59,522 bases of DNA from Gaiellaceae bacterium. GTDB lineage: Bacteria; Actinomycetota; Thermoleophilia; Gaiellales; Gaiellaceae. Location of the stretch: contig JBFFGH010000001.1 of assembly GCA_041557575.1 (NCBI GenBank), positions 1-59,522 on the forward strand, given 5' to 3'. The notes beneath the pieces are model-generated. The model saw only the letters and a program-made list of their open reading frames with translations, was not told the origin of the DNA and did no database searches. The position numbers and the translations under genes were made by a program. This document shows, piece after piece, positions 29,852 through 38,552 of the stretch; position 1 is the stretch's first letter; the number at the start of each line of letters is the position of its first letter.

Positions 29852-30842
29852 GGAGTCGCTGGGTCGGGTCGAGGGCGTCGCGGAGACCGTCGCCGATGAA
29901 GTTGACGGCGAGCGCGATCACGACGATGACGAGGCCTGGATAGGTGACGAGCCACCAGTAGCCGAGGCCGCCGACGTTCCCGTCGGCGATGAGGCTGCCG
30001 AGAGCCGGCTTCGGAGGCTGGATGCCGAACCCGAGGAACGACAGCGCCGCCTCGACGAGGATCGCCGTCGCGACGATCAGCGTCATCGTGACGACGATCG
30101 GGCCGACGCAGTTGGGAAGGATGTGGCGCATGATGATCCGCATGTCGCTCGCCCCGGAGGCCTTCGCGGCCTCGACGAACTCCTTCTCACGGAGCGAGAG
30201 GAAGACGCCGCGCACGATCCGCGCGAGGCCCGTCCAGAAGAGGAACGCGAGGATCAAGCCGATCATGACGGGCTGCGAGAGGGTGATGGGCCCGATGCTC
30301 TTCTGATCCTGGCCGAGGAAGGCCGCCGCGGTGAGGAGGACGGCAAGCCCGGGGAGGGTGAGGATGAGGTCCGTGAAACGCATGAGCAGGTTGTCCACGG
30401 TCCCGCCGTAGTACCCGGCCAGTGCGCCGATCGCCGTCCCGAGGATCGTGGAGAGGAAGGCGACGAAGAACGCCACCCAGAGCGACGTCTGCAGGCCGTA
30501 GATCACACGGCTCAGGTAGTCGCGTCCGAGCAGGTCGGTCCCGAACGGGTGGTCCCAGGTGGGGCCCTTCGCGATGTTGAGGTAGTCCTGGTCGTTGAAT
30601 CCGTACGGGGCGACATGCTTGGCGAAGATCGCGACCAAGAGGATGAGGATGAGCAAGGCCAGGCTCACGACCGCGAGGCGGTGCCGGAAGAACCGCATGC
30701 GCGCGTAGGCCCACTGGCTCCGGGCCTTCAGCTCCACGCCGCTCTCGTACGTGAGCTCGAAGTCGCTCGTCGACCCCGACGCAGGCGCAGTCGCGGGAGC
30801 GGGGATCTGGCGCTCGTCGGGCGTCGGAGGGTTCTCAGTCAT
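29844..30842 (-). CDS. Opp/Dpp-type ABC permease (OppC-like)
   Basis: 332 aa and polytopic. Overlaps the neighbouring genes by 8 nt at each end. Confidence 0.9.
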   Translation of the reverse strand: MTENPPTPDERQIPAPATAPASGSTSDFELTYESGVELKARSQWAYARMRFFRHRLAVVSLALLILILLVAIFAKHVAPYGFNDQDYLNIAKGPTWDHPFGTDLLGRDYLSRVIYGLQTSLWVAFFVAFLSTILGTAIGALAGYYGGTVDNLLMRFTDLILTLPGLAVLLTAAAFLGQDQKSIGPITLSQPVMIGLILAFLFWTGLARIVRGVFLSLREKEFVEAAKASGASDMRIIMRHILPNCVGPIVVTMTLIVATAILVEAALSFLGFGIQPPKPALGSLIADGNVGGLGYWWLVTYPGLVIVVIALAVNFIGDGLRDALDPTQRLRA

Positions 30843-31809
30843 ACCGGACGCGTGGATCGAGGTAGCCGTAGAGGATGTCGGCCACGAGATTGAAGACGAT
30901 GACGAGCGTGGCGGTCACCATGAGCCAGGCCATGACCGGATACGGGTCGCCGCCCTGGAGCTGCTGGACGAAGTACAGGCCCATTCCGTCCAGCGCGAAC
31001 ACCGTCTCCGTCACGACGGCGCCCCCGAGGAGCGCGCCGAAGTTCAGCGCGACGATGGTCACGAGGGGGATGAGCGCGTTGCGAAACGCGTGCTTCATCG
31101 TCACGCGCCGCTCCGGGAGGCCCTTCGCCCGAGCAGTCCGCACGTAGTCGGAGTTCACGACCTCGAGCATGGACGCGCGCATGTACCTCGAGTACGTGGC
31201 CACGCTCGCGACCATGAGCACGATGATCGGGAGGCCGAGATGCTGCGCGCGGTCGAGGACGAAGTGGATGCCGGTACCGGGATCCACTCCGCTCAGGTTC
31301 GCCGTGTAGAAGATCCGCACGTCGAACCAGAGGTAGATGTTCACGAAGAGGACCTGAAGCATCAGCGCGAGCCAGAACACGGGCGTCGCGAGCCCCAGGA
31401 ACGAGAACGTGGTCGCCGTGTAGTCGAAGACGCTGTACTGACGTAACGCCGAGTAGACGCCGATGAAGACGGCGATCATCACCGCGAGGAGCTCGGCGAC
31501 GATGACGAGCTGGAGCGTGTGCCCCATCACCCGGGTGAGCTCCGGAAGGATCGGGCGGTCGCCGACCGTCGTCGTACCGAACTGATTGGTGAGAGCGTCC
31601 TTGGCCCAGTAGAGGTACTGCACCGGGATCGGGTCGTTGAGATGCTTTCGCTCCGAGATGCGCTCGATGGTGATCTGCGACGCGTTCGGCTGCATCTTCA
31701 GGAACGCAAGGGGGTCGGCCGCCAGCGAGACGAACGAGAAGATGATGAAGCTCGCCGCTATCAGGACGACGACGCTGTAGAGCAGGCGGCGTATGACGTA
31801 GGTCAGCAT
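30835..31809 (-). CDS. Opp/Dpp-type ABC permease (OppB-like)
   Basis: 324 aa. N-terminus MLTYVIRRLLYS and EAA-like motif YVRTARAKGL. Confidence 0.9.
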   Translation of the reverse strand: MLTYVIRRLLYSVVVLIAASFIIFSFVSLAADPLAFLKMQPNASQITIERISERKHLNDPIPVQYLYWAKDALTNQFGTTTVGDRPILPELTRVMGHTLQLVIVAELLAVMIAVFIGVYSALRQYSVFDYTATTFSFLGLATPVFWLALMLQVLFVNIYLWFDVRIFYTANLSGVDPGTGIHFVLDRAQHLGLPIIVLMVASVATYSRYMRASMLEVVNSDYVRTARAKGLPERRVTMKHAFRNALIPLVTIVALNFGALLGGAVVTETVFALDGMGLYFVQQLQGGDPYPVMAWLMVTATLVIVFNLVADILYGYLDPRVRYD

Positions 31810-31836
31810 CGCGTTCGATGGATGTTAGAGGGAAGC

Positions 31837-31862
31837 CCCGCCCCCGCCGAAGCGGGAGCGGG
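31837..31862 (-). other. intercistronic hairpin with a UUCG loop, downstream of the binding-protein gene
   Basis: Minus strand reads cccgctcccgc-TTCG-gcgggggcggg (11-bp stem with one mismatch). It lies between the oppA-like stop and the oppB-like start. Confidence 0.5.
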
Positions 31863-31906
31863 ACTCCTGTCGTACGAGGCGCGGAGCGCCTGGTCGGTGC
31901 TCGTGA

Positions 31907-33562
31907 CTACCCAGCCACCGTCCACTTCTCCGCATTCCAGGTAGAGCCCTGCTGAGTCGGGTTGATGACCGGGCCCTTGACGTTCGTCGAGTTGATGAGG
32001 AACCCAGGCCGGACGTACATCGGGATCGACATCACGTCGTTCGCCATGATCTTCTCGGCCTGGTTGAGAAGCGGCGCCCGCTTGTTGGGATCCGGCGTGA
32101 ACTGCGCCCTCTTGAGCAGATCGGACGCCTTCTTGTTGCAGTAGTTCATGTAGTTCTGGTCACCGCCACAGCCGTAGAGGCCGAAGCTCGTCGCCGAGCT
32201 CGTGGGGCCACCGAGCCACGTGAACATGAAGATGTCCCAGTCACCCGAGGGGAGCACGGTTCCGAAGACGGTTCCCGCCGGGCCGAACCGAGGCACCAGC
32301 TCGATGCCGACGCTCTTGAGCTGCTTCTGAGCGATCTCGAACGTCAGCGCCCGGAGCTGGTTCCCGGACGTCGTCGTGAAGCGGAAGCTCAGCTTCCCGA
32401 CGTTGGGGCAGCTCCAGATGTCGGAGTTGTTCGCCGCAGGCTTGTCCGGGCCACCCGTGCAGCCCTTGCCCTTGAGGAGCGCGATGACCTTCGACTGGTT
32501 GAACTTCCACTTCGCCCAGTTCGGCTTGTAGTACTCCTCGAACGGCTTGAAGATGTTGCTCTGGAGCACGGGCAGGTCCTTGGCACTTGCGACGAGGCCC
32601 GGAGCGACGTACAGCGCCTGCCGGATCTGCGCGCGGTTGATGCCCTGGACGATTGCCTGGCGGACGTACTTCTGCTTGATGCCAGGAGCGGCCTTCGGCC
32701 CGAACTGGATGTCCATGTGCTCCCAGAAGTAGCCGGGACCGGACTGCACCTTGAACTTCGAGTTCTTGTAGAGGTCCACGATCTGGAGCTGCGGCTGCGG
32801 CTCCGTCAACTGGATCTCACCCGAGGTGAGCGCCTGGAAGATCGACGCCGTGTTCGGGATGTAGCGGAACACGATGCGGTCGACCTTGGCACCGGCCCTC
32901 GCCTTGAATGCCGCGTTCTTCGAGAGGACGATCTGCGTGCCCCGCTGCCAGCTCGTGAACTTGAACGGACCGCTGGAGACGTCGAACCCGTTCCGGCCCC
33001 ACTGGTTGAAGTCCTGGCCGGCGAGCTTGTGCGCGGGAAGCGGGGACGAAGCGATCAGGGCGTCCCAGGCCGAGTAGGCCTTCCCCTTCTTCCACGCCAC
33101 CGTGACGTTCTTGCCCTTCGCGGTGATCTTCTGGATGTCCTCCCAGCCCTCGCGGGAGGTGATGTCCCACTTCGGGTTCATGACCGTGGCATACGTTGCC
33201 CTGAAGTCGGCCCCGGTCACCTGCCGCCCGTCGCTCCAGACAGCGTTCTTGCCGTATGCGAACTTGACCGTGAGCGGATCGGCCTTCGTGATCTTCGGCT
33301 GACCTGCGAACAGGTACGGGATGAGCTTCGCCTTCTGGTTGTAGATCATCCCGCCGGCGAGGACCGTGTTCGTCACGAGTGACGTGGCGTACAGGTTCCC
33401 CTCGCTGATGTAGTTGTTGAGCGTCACCGGCTCCTGGTCGTGGCCGATGACCACCGTGCCGGCCGACTGCCGCTCGACCTTGGCGTTCGCGGCGGGCCCG
33501 ACGATGAGGCTCGCAACGAGCGCCGTCGCACCCGCCAAGAGCCAGATTGAGGATCTACGCAT
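31907..33562 (-). CDS. family-5 peptide/nickel ABC substrate-binding protein (OppA-like)
   Basis: ORF trimmed to ATG 33562, which is preceded by GGAGGGAG. Signal peptide MRRSSIWLLAGATALVASLIVGPAANA. Confidence 0.9.
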   Translation of the reverse strand: MRRSSIWLLAGATALVASLIVGPAANAKVERQSAGTVVIGHDQEPVTLNNYISEGNLYATSLVTNTVLAGGMIYNQKAKLIPYLFAGQPKITKADPLTVKFAYGKNAVWSDGRQVTGADFRATYATVMNPKWDITSREGWEDIQKITAKGKNVTVAWKKGKAYSAWDALIASSPLPAHKLAGQDFNQWGRNGFDVSSGPFKFTSWQRGTQIVLSKNAAFKARAGAKVDRIVFRYIPNTASIFQALTSGEIQLTEPQPQLQIVDLYKNSKFKVQSGPGYFWEHMDIQFGPKAAPGIKQKYVRQAIVQGINRAQIRQALYVAPGLVASAKDLPVLQSNIFKPFEEYYKPNWAKWKFNQSKVIALLKGKGCTGGPDKPAANNSDIWSCPNVGKLSFRFTTTSGNQLRALTFEIAQKQLKSVGIELVPRFGPAGTVFGTVLPSGDWDIFMFTWLGGPTSSATSFGLYGCGGDQNYMNYCNKKASDLLKRAQFTPDPNKRAPLLNQAEKIMANDVMSIPMYVRPGFLINSTNVKGPVINPTQQGSTWNAEKWTVAG

Positions 33563-33703
33563 GTACTCCCTCCATCCGAGTGTCTTCCTGCGGTTGTCTC
33601 GGCCAGGCCCCGAAGCCGCCGGTCGGCCGGACTCCCGACTCACACGGCGGTCTGCCCGCCTGCCGGACGCCCGAGCGCCTTCGTGCCCTGATCGAGGTGC
33701 AGG

Positions 33704-33709
33704 ATCATA
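33704..33709 (-). promoter_or_regulatory. -10-like box TATGAT for the opp operon, about 140-nt leader
   Basis: TAnnnT hexamer. It overlaps, face to face, a plus-strand TACTGT box (33708-33713) for the divergent ORF. Confidence 0.3.
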
Positions 33710-33752
33710 CTGTGTGACGTCCCGAAGGCAATTTCGTTAGGAGGAGAGCCGA

Positions 33753-34136
33753 GTGCCGATTCCACGAAGAGAGGATGACCGAAGGAGCAAGGCCGACTAC
33801 TTCGTCGCCTCCGAGGACGCCGGACGGCTCGCCCTCGACGTGCGCGACCAGGTCGAGCGCGCAGTGGGCGTCCAGTGGTACGAGATGATCGGGGGCGATG
33901 CCGACATCGCGGCCGCGAAGCTCTGCCTCCTGAGGCGCGCCCAGTCCGGAGTGGGCGGCGGTCCGCAGCACGGTGACAGGGCGGTGCGCGATGCGCTCGA
34001 GTCCGCGAGCCCTGCGGCGCTCGTCTGGATCGCGAGCCGCGCGATCTCGTACATGGACGAGAACGGCTTTCCCGAGTCGCTCGAGCCGTTCGTCGACCTC
34101 TCGCCAGAACGCGACATCGACGAGCCGACCCCGTAG
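33753..34136 (+). CDS. hypothetical protein (127 aa)
   Basis: GTG start preceded by a strong SD (AGGAGGAG). High GC3 throughout. I recognise no family. Confidence 0.55.
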   Translation: MPIPRREDDRRSKADYFVASEDAGRLALDVRDQVERAVGVQWYEMIGGDADIAAAKLCLLRRAQSGVGGGPQHGDRAVRDALESASPAALVWIASRAISYMDENGFPESLEPFVDLSPERDIDEPTP

Positions 34137-34179
34137 CGCAGCAGTCCCCGGGGGCCTCTGGCTCGCGCCCGGCCGTCGG

Positions 34180-35145
34180 TCACCGGTCTCGCCGCCAGAG
34201 GAGCAGCGCGAGCGGCAGGAATGCCGCAGCGGCAAGCGGTGGGGCGAGTGGGACGTCGCGCCGTTTCTCGCCCTCGACGACGGTCGGTCCGCTGCCGACG
34301 AGTCGCGAGACCTCGCGCGTCGCCTTCGAGGGCTCGTTCTCCTCCACGACCTCGCCGCCGATCCCGGATGCGATGCGATCGAGTGCCTCGCGAGCGGCCG
34401 GGTCGGCCCGGTAGCCGATCTCCGGGGCCTTCCGGACGTAGATGCGCTCGTCCCGCCCCCAGACGTGGACGAACACGACGGAGATGCCCGGTGGGCGCTG
34501 GAACAGCGGCCCGAGTCGCGCGCGCGTGCCCGGCAGCGTCTCCCCGTCGGTGTAGACGACGAGAATGCGCCGCTTCGCCTCGGGCGAGAAGAACGACTGC
34601 GTCGCGACGGCGCCCAGCGACTCGAGGCTCGTCACCCGGCGAACGAGCGAGTGCACCGGGGGCGGCCGCTCGATCCCGATCGCCTTCTCGAGCGTCGCCC
34701 GGAACACGTCCTCGTCACCGGTCGGGAAGAGGTGAGGGAGCGTACGGTCGGTAATCGACGCTGCGCCGAAGCGGACCGTGGGGATGGCATCGCGCAGCTT
34801 CAGAGCGGCCGCCTTCGACCGCGCGAGCCGAGATGCCTCACCCGGCCCCGGGCTCGCGAGCATGGAACGGCTCACATCGAAGACGGCGAACACCTCCGCG
34901 TCTGTCCGCACGCGGCGGGTCTCGTCCGTCGAGACGACCGGCTGCATGGCGGCAACTCCGAGGAGCGCTGCCGTCAGGACGAGCGCGGCCACGGGCATGG
35001 CGAAGAACCGACGGCGCGGCTCGACGAGCCCGAGCGCGCGGCGCACGCTCCGGCCGACCCGGCGCGTGCGGACGAGCGCGAGCAGCGGAACGAGCACGAT
35101 GAGGGCCAGGAGACCGCTCTTGGGCGTCAGCAGGGTCAGGTCCAC
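34180..35145 (-). CDS. BatA-like VWA domain membrane protein
   Basis: 321 aa. Two N-terminal TM helices, MIDAS motif DVSRSM, and a C-terminal TM helix. Confidence 0.8.
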   Translation of the reverse strand: MDLTLLTPKSGLLALIVLVPLLALVRTRRVGRSVRRALGLVEPRRRFFAMPVAALVLTAALLGVAAMQPVVSTDETRRVRTDAEVFAVFDVSRSMLASPGPGEASRLARSKAAALKLRDAIPTVRFGAASITDRTLPHLFPTGDEDVFRATLEKAIGIERPPPVHSLVRRVTSLESLGAVATQSFFSPEAKRRILVVYTDGETLPGTRARLGPLFQRPPGISVVFVHVWGRDERIYVRKAPEIGYRADPAAREALDRIASGIGGEVVEENEPSKATREVSRLVGSGPTVVEGEKRRDVPLAPPLAAAAFLPLALLLWRRDR

Positions 35146-35157
35146 GAGACTCGCCGC

Positions 35158-35802
35158 CTAGTAGCCGCTCCCGGCCTCGCCGGCGCCGGCGCCCTTCGCG
35201 CCCTTCCCTCCCGGTGACGGGTTCGTCCCGCCTCCGGACTCGCTGAGCTCGAGTCCCTGCGAACGCGACAACGTGAGCTCGAGGTTGTGCTTCGCCTCGT
35301 CGTTCTGCGGGTCGAGCACGATCGCCTGGCGAAACCGGCCGGATGCTGCCGCGAGGAGCCTGCCGCGGTTCGAGTAGTCGGCGATCGCGTCCGAGAAGCT
35401 CAGCACTCCGAGGAGGTTGGCGGCGGCGGAGCGGCGCTCCTTGCCCGGGTCGCCCTGGACGATGTCCGTGAGCCACGCCGACGCATCGGCCCGGTTCACG
35501 ACATAGGACGGGTCGGAGAATCCGGGTGCCTCCGGGTGGCTCAGCCGGGTCGCACGGAGCGCGCGGCGGAAGAGGAGGTCGTCGTCGACGCCGAGGGCCA
35601 TCCTGGCCATCCCTCCCGGCACGAGCTGTCTCGGCTCCCAGAGCCGCTCGGTCGGCCGGGCGCGGTAGCGGATGTCGTCGTCGCGAAGTGCCGCGCTCGT
35701 CGTGGCGACGTCGATCGCGAGCAGGAACGAGAAGATGGCCCCTGCAAGGCACGCCGCGACGATGGCGACGGGGAGGGCAACCTTCGCGATCCGCGCTCTC
35801 AC
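35158..35802 (-). CDS. membrane-anchored TPR-like protein (BatC-like) with a Gly-rich tail
   Basis: 214 aa. One N-terminal TM helix. TPR-like segment FRQAIVLDPQNDEAKHNLELTL. Confidence 0.6.
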   Translation of the reverse strand: MRARIAKVALPVAIVAACLAGAIFSFLLAIDVATTSAALRDDDIRYRARPTERLWEPRQLVPGGMARMALGVDDDLLFRRALRATRLSHPEAPGFSDPSYVVNRADASAWLTDIVQGDPGKERRSAAANLLGVLSFSDAIADYSNRGRLLAAASGRFRQAIVLDPQNDEAKHNLELTLSRSQGLELSESGGGTNPSPGGKGAKGAGAGEAGSGY

Positions 35803-36641
35803 GTTCTCCTCCAGCCCGCGCCCGCGGGCAGGGCGAGCCGGCCCGCAAGCACCTCGTGCGCCGCGAGCGCCAGGAGCACGAGCCCGCTCGTCAGCAGCAG
35901 GACGAGCGGCGTGTCTCCGCGCAGCGACACGTCGAGCGGGGCCGAGTCCCCGGCGCGCGGCTCGACCACGTCGACGAACACGCTCTCCCCGAGGATCCCC
36001 CCGAAGAACGTGAGAGCGTCACTCGAGGGCGACAGCGCCGCCACCCGCAGCGTCACGTCGGAGCCGGCGTACTTGCGGAGCGTGCGGCCGAGCGTCGAGT
36101 AGTCGGTGGGAGCCGTCTCGAGGTCGCTGATGAGGAGGACGGACGCGGGCGAGACGCTATCCCGCCGGAGCATCGAGTGCGCGAGGTCCAGAGCTTCCGA
36201 GATCCGCGTTCCCGCCTGGAAGTTCGGCGTCCACGGGTTCTGGGGCAGCTTCCCGTTCCTGGGCTCGAAGAAGCGCAGGAGCGGCTTCAACTCCGTCGCC
36301 GGGGTCCGCGGAGGCAAGAGCTCGTACGCGACGTCGGAGAAGACGACGAGCCCGGTCGGGTTGCCCGCGCGGATCAGCCGCTGCAGGACGCTGCTCACCT
36401 GGCCGTAGTCGCGCTCCACGATCGACAGCGAGAGGTCGATCACGACGACGCCGCTACGCCCTCCGGGGGCGAGCTCGTTCGAGCGCGACTCGAGGCCCCG
36501 GGCCGAGACGTACGCCGCCCCGAGGAGCGCGCACGCGAGGACGACCAGAGCCGTCCGCACGATCCCCGTACGGATACGGGGACGCCGCAGCGCCCGTGCA
36601 TCCGGGCTGGGGATCGTCCGCGAGCGCCTACGGAGGTCCAC
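35799..36641 (-). CDS. VWA-like membrane protein
   Basis: 280 aa. GTG start. DLSLS (DxSxS) motif. TM helices at both ends. 4-nt overlap with the downstream gene. Confidence 0.65.
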   Translation of the reverse strand: MDLRRRSRTIPSPDARALRRPRIRTGIVRTALVVLACALLGAAYVSARGLESRSNELAPGGRSGVVVIDLSLSIVERDYGQVSSVLQRLIRAGNPTGLVVFSDVAYELLPPRTPATELKPLLRFFEPRNGKLPQNPWTPNFQAGTRISEALDLAHSMLRRDSVSPASVLLISDLETAPTDYSTLGRTLRKYAGSDVTLRVAALSPSSDALTFFGGILGESVFVDVVEPRAGDSAPLDVSLRGDTPLVLLLTSGLVLLALAAHEVLAGRLALPAGAGWRRT

Positions 36642-37602
36642 CGTTCACTCCTTCACCCGCGGGCACGCCGTTCGCTCTCTCTGCCTCCAGCTCCGCCAGC
36701 ACGTCCGCGAACCGGACTCGCAGCTCCGCCGCAAGCGCCTTCGTCCGATCCGCCTCGGGGGAGACGGGAGACCAGGCCATCGCGCGGGCGGCCAGCGCCA
36801 GCTCCTCGTCCCCGAGGTGCTCCACCTCGTCCGCGACCAGCTCGAGTGCGCGGCGCCGCTCCTCGACGCCATCCGTCGACACCTCGTTCTCGAGGAGAAC
36901 GAGTGCCTGCTCGAGCACGGAGGCAACCGGCTCGGGCTCCGGCTCCGGCTCGGGCTCCGGCTCCGCCTCGCGTCGCGGCCACACTCTGTAGACGACGACG
37001 GCGGCGACCGCGAGCAGCGCGAGCCCGACTACGACGAGGATTGCGATCGGCAGCCAGGGCTCGAGGCGGTACGAGACCGCCGGGAGCGACTCGAGGTCTG
37101 CTCGCCACGGGGCCGCGAGAGCGTCCGGGGAGGAGTCGAGCTCCCCGATCCGGGTGTGGAGGACGAGCGTCGGCCACGCCGCGTCGACGGACTGCTGGTG
37201 CGGACCGCCCTCGAGGGAGGTGTACGCAACCGTGGCGGGGTCGAGGTCGACCCGCTCCGTCTCGCGCGCGGGAGCGCAGACGGCGGTGAGACAGCGAAGC
37301 AGGTAGGTCGTCCGAACGTGCGCGGTGGAGCCGGCTCGCTCGACCTTCCTCTGCGGAACGCCGACGGCGACCCAGGGCGCCGAGTCCCAGCTCGTCTCGA
37401 CCGTGGCGGGATCGACGACCGACGTGTCCACGACGGCGTCGACGTGCGCCGTGAGGATGTCTCCGAAGAGGACGATGCGAGGGCTGAAGTCTGCCGAGAC
37501 GACGACCGGGCCCTGCGCCGGAGCCGGTGCCTGGGCGCCGGCGTTCGACCCGACCACGGCGAGGAGCACGGCCAGGGCGACGGCAAGCCACGTCGCGCGC
37601 AT
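36628..37602 (-). CDS. BatD-like exported domain + TM + (EP)n linker + helical cytoplasmic tail (DUF4381-like)
   Basis: ORF 36628..38622 trimmed to ATG 37602. GTG 37620 is an alternative start that overlaps the DUF58 stop (GTGA). Signal peptide MRATWLAVALAVLLAVVGSNAGA. Confidence 0.6.
   Translation of the reverse strand: MRATWLAVALAVLLAVVGSNAGAQAPAPAQGPVVVSADFSPRIVLFGDILTAHVDAVVDTSVVDPATVETSWDSAPWVAVGVPQRKVERAGSTAHVRTTYLLRCLTAVCAPARETERVDLDPATVAYTSLEGGPHQQSVDAAWPTLVLHTRIGELDSSPDALAAPWRADLESLPAVSYRLEPWLPIAILVVVGLALLAVAAVVVYRVWPRREAEPEPEPEPEPEPVASVLEQALVLLENEVSTDGVEERRRALELVADEVEHLGDEELALAARAMAWSPVSPEADRTKALAAELRVRFADVLAELEAERANGVPAGEGVNGGPP
36928..36969 (-). repeat. seven tandem SGGCTC hexamers encoding EAEPEPEPEPEPEP
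   Basis: Direct reading: cggctc gggctc cggctc cggctc gggctc cggctc cgcctc. Confidence 0.9.
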
Positions 37603-37616
37603 CGTGAAGTGCACGC

Positions 37617-38540
37617 TCACTGCCCGATCACCCGCCTGGTCCGGCGCAACTCGGCCCAGTCGAGGAACGAGGCCAGGATGTCCGACGTCTCCCCGGACGT
37701 GATCAGCACGGGATCGAGGTCGAGCAGCCTGAACGTCTCGACGAGCTCGGCTGTCCGCCGTTCGTTCGCCGCCCTGCGCGACTCGACCTCCCTGCGCCCG
37801 AGCCGGACGGGTGCCTGCCGGCCCGTCTCGGGATCGCGAAGCGGAACGACGATCCCCTGCACGTCGGGGAAGCTCCGATCCCAGACGGGGTCCTGGATCA
37901 CCACCGGGACGACGTCCCAGCGGTGCGCGATGACCGACAGCCAGAGGTCTTGGGACGGTGCGGGGAGGAAGTCCGAGATCACGAAGACGAAGGTTCCTGG
38001 CGTGACCGCGCGGGGATGCGTCGCGAGGTGCTCGACGGACTGCTCCAGCCAGTCCGCGGGGCCGTCGAACTCGTCCGACCAGAGTCGCTCGTCCCTGATC
38101 TCGATCATCTTCCGGTCGCCCTTCGGCTGTCGCCAGTGCGGGTCCCCGTCCGCGTAGTCGAGGTAGCCGACGAACGCCCCGGCCGAGCCCGAGCTCGCCA
38201 GGATGAGCTCGACCGCGTCCCGCATCGCCTCGACCTTGTCCAGCCAGGGAAGGGGCGGCGCGAAGTGCGCCATCTGGCGCCTCCGGTCGCAGACGATCAC
38301 GACTCTCGGCGCCTCCTCGGCGAAGCGCTCGCGCACGACGAACTCGTCCTGCCCACGCGCCGCGGAGAGCCGGGCGGACGCCGACCAGTCGATCGAGTGC
38401 ATGTCGTCTCCGGGTCGGTAGAGCCGCGAGCCGGCGACGTCGGAGCCCGCCCCGCGGCGCAGGCTGCGCATCGACCCGTACGAGAGCCCGATCACGCGCC
38501 GTCGTGGCACGAACGGGAACGTGAGTCGCGTGCTCGTCAC
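37617..38540 (-). CDS. DUF58 (VWA-fold) protein
   Basis: 307 aa. Motif YRPGDDMHSIDW is typical of DUF58. It follows moxR. Confidence 0.85.
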   Translation of the reverse strand: MTSTRLTFPFVPRRRVIGLSYGSMRSLRRGAGSDVAGSRLYRPGDDMHSIDWSASARLSAARGQDEFVVRERFAEEAPRVVIVCDRRRQMAHFAPPLPWLDKVEAMRDAVELILASSGSAGAFVGYLDYADGDPHWRQPKGDRKMIEIRDERLWSDEFDGPADWLEQSVEHLATHPRAVTPGTFVFVISDFLPAPSQDLWLSVIAHRWDVVPVVIQDPVWDRSFPDVQGIVVPLRDPETGRQAPVRLGRREVESRRAANERRTAELVETFRLLDLDPVLITSGETSDILASFLDWAELRRTRRVIGQ

Positions 38541-38552
38541 ACGCCGCCCGAT

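Noticed and set aside
31907-33562. Visibly lower GC in the oppA-like gene as evidence of horizontal transfer.
   Set aside because: Reading the codons shows third positions are still mostly G/C. The dip comes from a Lys/Asn/Phe/Tyr-rich amino-acid composition, which is typical of secreted binding proteins.
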